Shown: positions 17,778 through 28,500 of the stretch, piece after piece
Layout of the letters: each line of letters starts with the position of its first letter
How positions within the stretch are numbered: the stretch's first letter is position 1
From: a virus
IMG/VR virus record: IMGVR_UViG_3300024308_000028
Location: 6,375 to 70,374 of that record
Direction: 5' to 3' (one strand)
DNA length: 64,000 bases
Position numbers and translations under genes: made by a program
Notes under the pieces: model-generated
The model's input: the letters and a program-made list of their open reading frames with translations, nothing else
Databases searched by the model: none
Told to the model about the DNA's origin: nothing

Positions 17778-17783
17778 AACAAT

Positions 17784-17855
17784 GATGATGAACGCTGAGG
17801 CAAAGCGACTCCCTCGGAAGAGAAGGTATCGTTGGTTCGAATCCAACCATCGTCA
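17784..17855 (+). pseudogene. tRNA-like gene (possible anticodon CGG, Pro) with a weak anticodon stem and no CCA
   Basis: Acceptor GATGATG/CATCGTC, D arm cgct/agcg, T arm gttgg-ttcgaat-ccaac, loop ctCGGaa. Confidence 0.6.
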
Positions 17856-17926
17856 TGGGGAATAATCTTCGGTCTACAGTAGGTGCACACCGGAGAGCCG
17901 CTACGCTCCTTGTAGGTTATTCCTCA
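17856..17926 (+). ncRNA. Unknown three-way-junction RNA
   Basis: 13-bp closing stem tggggaataatct/aggttattcctca; inner hairpins tcggt/accgg and gagc/gctc. Confidence 0.55.
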
Positions 17927-17933
17927 ACCTAAA

Positions 17934-18105
17934 TTCTTGATTGCCGCTATGTCTGCCCGTATCCCGGTCTGGTTAAGACAGCATAGTTGAAGACGATGGA
18001 CAAAAGAACGCCTACTTGTAGGTGGCTGGTAACAGCACTGAGGAAGTCGCTCCACGGACTCAAACTCGTCACGATATGGTGGAAGCCCATGCAATCAAGA
18101 ACCCA
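17934..18105 (+). ncRNA. Unknown ~170-nt multibranch RNA with a T-like arm and CCCA tail
   Basis: Perfect 11-bp closing stem ttcttgattgc/gcaatcaagaa, adjacent atgg-tggaagc-ccat arm, several inner hairpins. Confidence 0.6.
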
Positions 18106-18109
18106 AACA

Positions 18110-18138
18110 TTGGTAGTAAAAGCCTGGGTATGTATAAT
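18110..18138 (+). promoter_or_regulatory. Candidate sigma70 promoter
   Basis: TTGGTA-17 nt-TATAAT. Confidence 0.45.
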
Positions 18139-18342
18139 GCCCTAAAAGACTCGACGGTGAGCTATTCCGTAGCCAATGCAACGCATACCCCCGACAAGGT
18201 GTATGAAGTGAAGGTAACACTTAAAAATCCAGCCTGAGCGATATGAGTGGACTATCAATCCAAGTAGCACACCAGCTAAGCGTACCTGAACCTGGTACTC
18301 ATAAAGTTCATACAAGCCTCCCAGCTATGGGTAAATAGCACT

Positions 18343-18376
18343 AAGTCCCCCTGTCGCAACACAGGGGGACTTTTTT
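18343..18376 (+). terminator. Strong intrinsic terminator closing the RNA island
   Basis: aagtccccctgt-cgcaac-acagggggactt followed by a T-tract. Confidence 0.85.
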
Positions 18377-18405
18377 ATTTGAACATAACCAATCCAGAGG
18401 AACCT

Positions 18406-18828
18406 ATGGAACTCGAACAACAGATTAAAGAAGCTGGTGCTGATAAAGCTCCACGTATTACCCCTGACCATATCAAAAGCAAAGTGATTGGTACGCACTT
18501 CTTCACAGCTTTGGATGGTGTAGCCACTGTATCACCAGTTACAGCTACCCTTAAGAACCAGGAAGTACAGTCACTGTCTCTGCTGACCTTCTGTGTACTG
18601 GTTCTGGAAAATGGCTTCACCGTTACTGGTGAGTCTGCCTGTGCATCCCCGGAAAACTTCAACGAAGAAATAGGACGTAAGATTGCATATGAAAATGCAA
18701 TTGATAAGGTCTGGTTGCTGGAAGGTTATCTGTTGAAGCAGAATCTGCATGAACAAGCTCAGAGTCAGGCAATGCTGAAAGGCTTCCTGGAGGATGACAA
18801 CTGTGAAGGTGGGGGCTGTAAAATCTAA
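18406..18828 (+). CDS. Phage gp49/gp66-family protein (probable Acb4-like nucleotide sponge)
   Basis: PRITPDHI, LTFCVLVLENGFTVTGESACASPENFNEEIGRKIAYENAIDKVWLLEGYLL signature; start ATG 18406 after gagg. Confidence 0.8.
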   Translation: MELEQQIKEAGADKAPRITPDHIKSKVIGTHFFTALDGVATVSPVTATLKNQEVQSLSLLTFCVLVLENGFTVTGESACASPENFNEEIGRKIAYENAIDKVWLLEGYLLKQNLHEQAQSQAMLKGFLEDDNCEGGGCKI

Positions 18829-19322
18829 TGGAAACCAAAGTTCACTTCACTAACTACATTGGAACCAAGGCTGTAAATGGTTTCCCAATGAATAAGACCG
18901 ACTACTGTAAGTTACGTGGTTGGTCTGTACCAGGCAACGAAGATCCATTAGAAGAAGGTTACTTGGTAGAGTACCCGGATTCTAAATCTAACCATGAGCA
19001 ATTCCGTGGTTATATTAGCTGGTCACCAAAAGCTGCTTTTGAGGAAGCATATCGTGACGTAGAAAAAGGTTGTACCTTTGGTCATGCAGTAGAGTTACTC
19101 AAAAAGGGCTTCAAAGTAGCCCGTAAAGGTTGGAACGGTAAAGGGATGTATATCTCTTATGTTGCTGCTGAAGAGTGGGCAAGCAGTGCACTAGAGCGTC
19201 CTTGGTCACAAGACCTTAAGCCTATCCCGTGGATTGGTATGAAGACTGTGGATGATTCGTTTGTACCGTGGTTAGCTAGTCAGTCAGACATTCTGGCAGA
19301 AGACTGGGTGTTAGCTCAGTAA
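18828..19322 (+). CDS. DUF2829 (Tad2-like) protein with an extra N-terminal domain
   Basis: C-terminal FGHAVELLKKGFKVARKGWNGKGMYI...PWLASQSDILAEDW; TAATG coupling. Confidence 0.82.
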   Translation: METKVHFTNYIGTKAVNGFPMNKTDYCKLRGWSVPGNEDPLEEGYLVEYPDSKSNHEQFRGYISWSPKAAFEEAYRDVEKGCTFGHAVELLKKGFKVARKGWNGKGMYISYVAAEEWASSALERPWSQDLKPIPWIGMKTVDDSFVPWLASQSDILAEDWVLAQ

Positions 19323-19330
19323 GGTATAAA

Positions 19331-19549
19331 ATGCAAACACGCTGGTTTCCAGATGAACGCAGATGGGTAACCATTAAACGTGATGTACAAGGACGATACA
19401 TACGCATTAACTGGGTTACCAAGCCAAATGCACGAATGCTTCGTAAAACTGTCAAAAAGTTCTTTCGTATCCACCAAGACAGGAATATATGGAACGAAAA
19501 TGACGACATGTTTATGAAACGCGTAAGTAAAATGAAAGCCCCTCATTGA
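19331..19549 (+). CDS. Basic hypothetical protein
   Basis: 72 aa, taaggt RBS. Confidence 0.55.
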   Translation: MQTRWFPDERRWVTIKRDVQGRYIRINWVTKPNARMLRKTVKKFFRIHQDRNIWNENDDMFMKRVSKMKAPH

Positions 19550-19560
19550 GGGGCTTTTTT
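19535..19560. terminator. Bidirectional terminator between the middle and late blocks
   Basis: aaagcccctc-att-gaggggcttt followed by a T-tract, at convergent genes. Confidence 0.8.
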
Positions 19561-19562
19561 AT

Positions 19563-22500
19563 TTAATTCACCAGATTGACCCAAGGGTTCAGGTTGTGAG
19601 CACGAAGCCCCTGACCGAAGCCCCATGAGTAATCCAGTCTGCCCTGTGCTGCAATGCTGAAGATGTTGTCCTGAATAGGTAAGCCAACGTTACCAAACAT
19701 GGTAGGAGTTGGAGCCAACATCGCCATTGCCGCATGGACTGGGTTATTACGAATCATGGACACTGCAACTTTCGCAGAGCGAATCTTAAAGTTGTAGAAC
19801 CACATCAGACCCATGCTTTCCATGTAACCACGGAAGCGACCAGGCAGACGGTCATAGTTAACGAACTCTTCGGTAACACGACCCAGAGCCTCTTCCTTGC
19901 TCTTGCCTTTACGCTTAGTCAGTTCATCATAGATGATTGCTTTAGCGATAAAGTCAGAGTACTCAACCGTCTTCTGAATACCCTGGAACAGTGCAGTATC
20001 TTTAGTGATAAGTGCATAGCGTCCAGCAGTACGAACTGCTTTAGGCAGTTTGTTAGCCAGGCTATCCAGATACTCGTATACCTTACCTTCGGTAATCAGA
20101 ATATCATCACGACCAATACCAGCATCAGCAATAGAAGAGAACTCGCCAGCTTCTAACAGAGGCCAGATGGACATACGCTTATGGCTATCAGTAATGGACT
20201 GAATCTCAGCCTTGAGCTTACGTACCTGGTTCGGGTTAGTAGCTGCACGAAGTTCAGCTTCTGCATCAACCTGACGAAGACGAGTCTTCAGATACTGGTT
20301 AATCTCGCTGGTCTTCTGTGGGATACCTTGTGCAATGTTCTTCACAGGTACACCACGAGCAACCATTTGATAAAGGTTAGCCAGGAAGTTCACGGCAGGT
20401 ACGACTACTGACTTAACAACAATCAGAGTCTTGGCATCTTTAATCACGTTCTGAATAAGATTCTCGCCACCCATTGTGTACTTGTAGGCACTGTTACCAA
20501 ATACACCCAGCATAGCTTTTTTAAAGTTGCTCAGTGTTTCTGGTGACCAACGACTGTTACCAGACCAGGCATCGCCTACAGACGCAGAGCGATAACCAAG
20601 TGCATCATTCAGCATGTCACGACGTACCCAAAATTCACCGTCACCAAACAGACTTTCAGCTTTACGGCGAGTCTCACTGTTCATCAGACGGAGAGCATCA
20701 GCCGTAACTGGGTCAAGCTTGGAACCAAGGAGGTTCACGTACTGGGACTTATTGGATGCAGACTCTGCAATGTCCTTCTCGTACATGTCATGCAGGTTCT
20801 CAATAAGCATGTCGTTAAATTGCTGTGCCTTAGCTTCTTCTACCTGACGACCACGCCACACGCCAATTGCTTTAGCAAGGTGGTTCTCACCAGCAATGTG
20901 CTGCAACATGTTAGGGTCAATGGATTGCTCATAAGCAACCACACGACCGTTGTTATCGTAGATTGGCATCAGTGGTTCATTACCACGTTCACCACGAGCC
21001 AAAGCCTTAGTGATACGTTCTACTGATGGTTTGTCAGTAATACGACCAGCAACCATAGTACCCATCGTAAAGCCAGTACCCATATCCACACCGTTAGCAG
21101 TATCACGCACGTTCTGAAGGATACCCTGAGAGAACGGAGCCTGAGCCTGTACAGGTGAGAAGTAATAGCTACGTGCACGACCACGGTCAGCAGAGCTACC
21201 CTGATAAGCACCCAGACGAGTGTAAGACTTCTCAAGCAAGTCGGAGAATTGGCTATCTTCTGCAACAATAAGGTTAACACCCTGTTTGTTTTCACTAGGG
21301 ATATAACCCTTATAGTGGTTCAGAGCAGCACGGTCATCAGCAGTTGCTTTAGTCATCTCATCCTTACGCTGGCCTACCAGGTAAGAAGTAGCAAAGTCCA
21401 TACCCTCAGCTTCGCTCTGAGCCAGGGAAGCTAATGATTCCCGGTCACTCTTATTCATCGCTTCCAGTGCATACAGGGTAATCAGTTTGTCCAGTTTAGC
21501 TACATCAACCGTAGACTTAGCAGCAGTACGCTCACCAAGCAGACGGGAGATTGCAGTAGCATTACGCAGCAGGTTATTACCGACAGTACCATTAATCATG
21601 TACTGAGCCAGTTGCTTGGACTTGCGGTTAATAAGAGGCCAATTACGTCCAGCCTGAGACTGGAGGTCTGATTCCAGCTTATTAACTTCACGGTCAACAA
21701 TCTTCTGGTCTGACAGTAGGTCACGGATTTCATCCAGAGACATAGTGTCACGCAGTACAGCAAGGTCAGTTTTACCCATACCAGTGTGCATTGCTTTCCA
21801 TTCTTCATTGGTCAGTTTACGACTGAACTTAGAAGAGATAGTGGTAGGCAGATGTTCACGGAATTGCTGACGGTCAGCCTGAACCTGAGCACGTACAGCC
21901 TTAATCAAATCGTACACGTTAGCATTGCTCTTAGTACGACCAGTAAGGTCATTAACGAGGTCATGGAAAGGTTGCCATACTTTCCCCTGGTTCATTGCCT
22001 TCATAACACCCTGTGCAACAATTTCACCGTTCTTCTCAGTAGCAACAGCAGCTACGAGTTGAGCAGCATGGGCAGTTGCTTTAACCAGTGGGTTCTTAGT
22101 ATTAGCTGCAACAGTACGAGCCTTATCCAGAGTGGCATCAGCTAGTTTATCCATACTGTCAATAACGTACTGGTTAGCACGGTCAATTGCATTACCACTT
22201 GGGGTAGCAATAGAGTCATAGAAGGACTGAGCATTCAGAGCACTTTCCATAATGGTCTGAGCCAGAGCATCCATACCTTCTTGTACGTTAGCAGCTTTAC
22301 TGTCACCAGATACGCGAGCATTCAGACTAGCCATTGCAGAAGTACCAATGTTAGTCAGCATTGCATCAACAGTATTACCGGATACCTTGTCAGCTTTCAT
22401 GACAGGGATATCAGCCAGTACGTTACGTACCTCTTCACTTACCATTGCCAGACCAACGAAGGTAGGCAGTAAGGAAGAACGGCCTTGAGCATCAAACTCA

Positions 22501-25500
22501 ATGTTGTTAGCACCCATAATAGTGTCGAACTTCTGCTGTGCGTAGTAACGGTCAGCAGGGTTAGTACTATTCGGGTCAGCCATAAAGGATTCAACAGACA
22601 GGTTCTTAGTCACATGTGCATAGTATTCCTGTGCACGGGACAGAGCAGCCGGACTGATTGCAGCCTCAGTAGCCAGAGCAGCAACAATGTTAGTGAACAG
22701 ACGTTGTTCCTGCATGTTCATGGTGAAGCCATGAGCCTGAACATCACGGGTCACTTTAGTGGCGTTCACGACAGCATCAGAGAACTTACCCTTACGAATA
22801 ATCTGCTGTACTGGTTCATTACCAATGTAGTTAACAATCAGCTTGTCAAAAGTCTGACCCAGTTCTGACAGACGGTCATTGTTACCATAAGCCGTGCTAT
22901 GGAACAGAGTAGTGTCTTTAGAGACAGCAGCCGTTGGAGCCTGTGAACGCATAACTACAGAAGAGTTAAACAGCAGGTTAGAGAACATATCATCAGCATT
23001 TGCTGGTGCTTTCTTACGACCGAATACCAGACGTTTGATTGCATCATAGACAGACTGAATCATAGTTTTCAGTGCTGAGGTTTTCTTCTGCTTATTAGCC
23101 AGTTCACGATTAGTTAAGCCCCACGCCATGTACTCATTGAGTGCAGCAGCCTTAGACAGTGCAGGTTCAATGAAGCCATTGGACAGGTGACCATTAATCG
23201 TATTCAGAGCATCAGCATATGCTTCACGCATAGCCGGAGATTCATTACTGACATCCAGGCTACGGAATTGGTTCATCAGGTCTTCGATGTTCTGGACTGC
23301 TTCATTAGGAGTACCTTCGTAATGACTCAGGACAGATTCAAAGGTAGAAGCGTGAACCAGTTCATGAACCAGGGTTTCCAGTGAAGGAGTGACCAGGTAA
23401 ATGGTCTTGTCTTCGAAGTTAGTCCAACCGTAAGCGTTACCTGCCTCAGCAGCTTCCATGTCTTCTGGAGCCGGACGAGTAATGTTCTTCTCGATAGCGT
23501 AAGCATCCAGTTGAGCAGGAGTACCGTAGACAACTTTGTAGTCTTTAGCAGCCAGAGACTTCTGTACTTCATTCAGTACAGCTTGCTGTTCTGGAGTCAT
23601 CTCTTTAGCCAGCTTACTGATTGCAGTGTTGGACAGCAGACGTACACCAGACTTAAGCACACGACCTACTTGTTCCATCGCAGGCACTTCTTTCACTGGT
23701 TCTGCTTTCTCAGCACGTGCAGCATCACGACGTTTAGTCAGTTCTGCATCAAACAGTTCATTCAGTTTTGCTACCTGCTGGTCAATAGTCAGACCTTCCA
23801 GAGATACCTGACCGTTGTTCACATAAGGGGAACCAACAGCAGCCATCTGGTCAACAGTGGTCTGTACCTGAGTCATGACCTTATGACGAATGTCCACACC
23901 CAAAGCAATGTTACGCAGGTTACGTTCAATCTGAGTAGCAGCCATCATCAGGTCTTGGTCAGTTGCACCTTCACGCTGGTCATATTCCAGAGCAGATTTA
24001 CCAATAGCTTTCTTGGTTTCATCGGACAGCTTGGAGAAGTCAACGTTCTTCATGAACTTAGCGTAGGAGTCATATACGTTCTTAATAGGGTTACCCTGCC
24101 AGGAAGTGTATACAGCTTCGTTAGCTTTACGGCTTGCATCAGTGATGTCATTGATACCGATGTTCATACCATCAAAGATTTTGAGAGTATTCTTCGGAGC
24201 ACCTTTCATAGTAGAAAGGGTCTGCATCATCATGCCGTCACCAGTACCAATCGTCATGAATGGAATACCAGCAACACCAGCTTGTGACGGAGCATAAATG
24301 CTCATTGGCACACGCATACGGTCATCAAAGTTGGTAGCCAGAACCTGGTTAGCAACATCAGTGTTTTCACTGCCAGCAATGTAGAAAGTTTGGGAACCAG
24401 TCTCAATCATTGGAGCCAGAGAAGACAGAGAATCCTGGATGTCATTCAGTTCTTTCTGCGTTAAGAAATCACCCTTCTTCCAAGTAGGGTCTTTTTCTTT
24501 TTCTGCCAGCTTGTCCTGCACTGCTTGCTGGAACATATCCTGAAGAACCAGAGACTGAATCTGGGTTGCTTTCTGGAGTTGCTCAGTAGAGTACATCAAT
24601 GCTTCACCAACGGTATTCTGAATACCAGTACGCATTGGTTCAACGAACAGGTGCAGCATGTTCTCTTGCAGGTTCTTCAGAGCATTACCTTTTACAGTAA
24701 ATTTCTGTGGGTCAAGCTTACCTGTCATAGCACCGTCAGCAGGCTGAACAGACAATTGACCTTTACGCATAACAGTCACGTTACCAGTCAATGCTTCCAT
24801 AGAGTCCAGGAAAGTTTTCAGCATAGCCTCAGCATCGGCCTCAGACGCTGCCTCCTTGCCGAACATTGCCATAGCCGGGGAAATGTCCGGGTTCTTGGCA
24901 CGTGCTTGCAGAACGTCACTGAAGCGTTCGTAGATGGTATCGGTAATTGCACTTACCATCTTGCCAGCAATACCACGAGCACCGGAACCATAAATGGTAA
25001 TGGTCAGTGGGTTCTTGGCAATACCACGTTTCAGGTCAAGGGAACCATCCTCATTCAGGTTAAAGTCCTTGATGAACAAGTCCATTAAGTTCTGGAGGTG
25101 ATTCATCTGGTTCATTACCGGAACATTATTACGGTAAGTGGTACGCAGTTCATTCAGAGCCTGTTGCAGACCATTAGTAGAAGACTCATACAGGTCAACA
25201 CTGTCATCCTGTGAACGATGTTCGTTCATAGTCTTACCAGCTTTATCGAAGAACAGACCACCTTTAGCAGTGTTCTTAATCCAGTCTGGAGTGAACTTAC
25301 CACCAGTCATTAACACCATTGCGTTAATTGGGCCGTTGGTTACACCATCAGCTTCAACATACAGTGGAGTAGTGAACTTAGTCTTATCTTCTGCATTCAG
25401 ATAACGGGCATATTCCATCAGAGCCATGAGAGCTACGAATGACTTATCGACACCCAGTGCAGTATTCAGAATGTTCACAGCATCGGTAGGCAGGTTACCT

Positions 25501-28500
25501 GACTTATCAAACTCAACCATCATATCAACAGCAGGTTTCAGGTTACCGTTCAGTGCAGCAGTCAGCTTATCTGACATTGCTTCACGAGACATGTTGTGAA
25601 CCTTGATACCTAATGCCTGAGCCAGGCCAACCTGGAAATCAGAGAAGGTTTGGGAGTTCTCATTACTTACGTCGATTGTGGCGAATGTGGGCAGAATAGC
25701 TTCACGAACCAGCTTGCTGGACTGTGGGTTATTCTTACCAAGCATCTGCATACGACCAACACGGGTCATGTTGTAACCGTAGTGGATTGGAGTTTCCAGC
25801 CCAGCTTCCTGCTCACGAATCTGAGAGATAACACCAAACAGGGAATCGTATGCCATAGCTACTGACAGGTTTTTACCTTCCAGTGATTTAGCAGTATTCA
25901 CGTTCAGTTGTTCTGGATTCAGAGTACCAGCACCCATCAGTTCAAGAAGGTTGTCACGTCCAAGGGCTTCATAGAAGTTAACCATTGGTTCGTGTACCCG
26001 GAACTCAGTAGCCTGTTCTGCTTTCAGAGCAGCTTTCTGTTCAGGGGTATTCTTAACAGCCGGGTTACGTAACTGAGTCTGTGGCACAGAAGGGATATCA
26101 TTACCAAAGTACATCTTCTCTTCTGGTTCTACGAGGACAGCCTCTTCGATAGCAGTAGGGAATTTATTGATGGCATCATTGTCATCCAGTTTCTCAATCG
26201 TATACAGACCAATGGTCTTATTGGAATCTGGGTCAATTTCAGACACATCAAGCATAGTCTCAGTAACTTCACCCATCTCTACCAGAGAGGACAGAATCTC
26301 AGTAGCCATAGCCATTGGGATACCTTTGGTATAGCCCAGTGGTGCATTAGGGTTACGGTTAAGTCCCCAGTAAGATTCAATCTTTTGAGCCAGAGAATTA
26401 GTAGCTTCGACTAGAGTCTGTGCATTATCAAAGGTAGCCAGAATACCATCAGGCAACAGAGAAGCCTCGATACCAGTAATGGCAGCGATGTCTTTGATAT
26501 CTTTAGGGGCAGCATTCTGGTTAGCAGTTAAACGCCATTGCAGACCAGCAAGTACAGCAGTTTCCAGTAACTGGTCATTGAACTTAAAGGTATCCCCGTC
26601 TTGTTCAACAATGTTCAGTAACTTACCACCAACCCAACGGTTAGCCTCAGTACCTTCAGCAAAGCGTTTGCCAACATTCTTAGTGGCAAGGAACTTAGCC
26701 AGACGGTCTGACAGAGTGGTTTTCAGTTTGTCACCAAAGCCCATCAGGGTCTTATAACGTTCAATCACATCAGGTGTGAGAGTGTTATTTTCCTTCTGAG
26801 TGAACGTTTCAAAACGTGCAGCAGAAGACAGAGCCTGACCAACATCTTTCATTGGAGACTCAGCACCTACGGTACGTGACTTAGGTTCAGCCGGAAGAGA
26901 GAAAGATTTCAGGAACTGGTTAGGTGTTTTCTCTGTATTGTGCAGAGGGAACACATTTTCCATTTCTGATTTACTTTCAGTAGGTTGAGTGATGGTATCC
27001 TCATTAGTGAGGGTAGCAGCCTCTTCCTTTCTAGGCTCAGTCTTAGTTACTTTCTCTGGTTCTGCCTTAGACTCAGTAACAGGGGCAGTATTATCTACCA
27101 CAGGTTCTGCTTTAGGGGTTACAGTAGGCTCAGCCTTCTGCACTTCAGCAGGAGTTTCATCAACTTGATTCACTGGTTCCTTAGTCTGTTGGGATTGAGC
27201 AGCGTCAAGATTGCCCTGACGGAACTCTTTAACCACCTGGGCAGCAGGCTTGTCCAGACGTGAATCCAATGAGGTAATATTCACATGAGAAACATTAAGC
27301 TCCGGGTAAGCCGTAGCAAGTGCATTAGCAATATCAGCTACGGTTTTGGCTTCCAGTCCTACTTGCTGGGCAAACTTAACCGACTTGGTATCATAAGGAT
27401 TAACACCGAGTCCGGTACGGCTACGTACCCATTCACGGGATGGAGAAAGAGCCTCGTAATGGACAGACTTGTTCTTATCCGCATTCCCAGAAACCAAATG
27501 CTCATTCAACGCTCCGACCTTATTCTGCATGTGCTGGGCGAACTTCATAAAGTCGTCGAGGTAAGCGGAGGCCAAATCGAAGTTACCAGAGTTGTACGCA
27601 GAGCGAATGCGTTTAGCATGTTGCAACGCAGAGTACTGGCCTTCATTAGAACGAGACTCGTCAGTTTTAATCTGTTTACTAACAATGTCTTGAGGACGTA
27701 AACCGAGTTCTTCTGCTTTAGCATCAAACTCACGTGCTCCTTGTAAGACAGCAGCAGCCGATTGCAGGGCAGCACGTTGACGATTTCCCAGAGTAATCTT
27801 ACCTTCACTCGCATGTTTCAGAACCATGTTCACTGAGTCAGCATCCAGTACTTCTGGAGAAACATCAGCAGCCATAGCAATGGTATCTGCTTGTTGTTGG
27901 GTAGTATTTTCAGTAGCTTTCAACTGACCAGCTTCAGCTTGTTCCTGAATCATGGAATGGATAGCACGGAAAGCACGAAGTACTTTCGGGGTATTCTGGA
28001 TGTTAGCCATCAGGCCAGAGTACTGGTCAACAATTGCAGCAGCAGGACTATCTTTAGGCAAATTAGCCAGAGCACCTGGGTCACGGTTAACGAAGCTATC
28101 AAGTGACATGATGTTGTCATACATGTTCACAGCAGCTTCCATCTGAACGTTAGGGTCTTCAGCAGTATTAACCAGGTCTGCCATTTTCTGAATAGCATCA
28201 ACACGGTTAGTAGACTGAGACACTGCATCACGTACAGCAGGGTGAGCCTGTTCCATTTCCACTGGGTCGAAGTTAACAGCCTGAGTAAGGTCATTGGCAT
28301 ACTGGTGTGCAGCAGCCTTCTCTTCAGGAGAAACATCCATTGCCTCAACTGCATCAGCTACAGTGGTCTGTGCTTGTTCTGCTTGTTGAGTAGCTTCCTG
28401 TGCAGCAGCATTAACAGTAGCGTCAGCTACAGGGGATGCCTGTTCATTACGACGTGCAACTTCTTCACCACGTTGCACCAGGATGTTAGTAATTGGGGAA

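Noticed and set aside
16883-18237. ORF-track entries 16883-17074, 17043-17276, 17656-17865 and 18022-18237 as proteins
   Set aside because: No RBS, atypical composition, and they overlap well-formed RNA structures.
16835-18376. tRNA-associated HDV-like (theta) or hammerhead ribozymes
   Set aside because: I could not build the nested double pseudoknot or find a CUGANGA/GAAA core by eye; an Infernal search is needed to exclude them fully.
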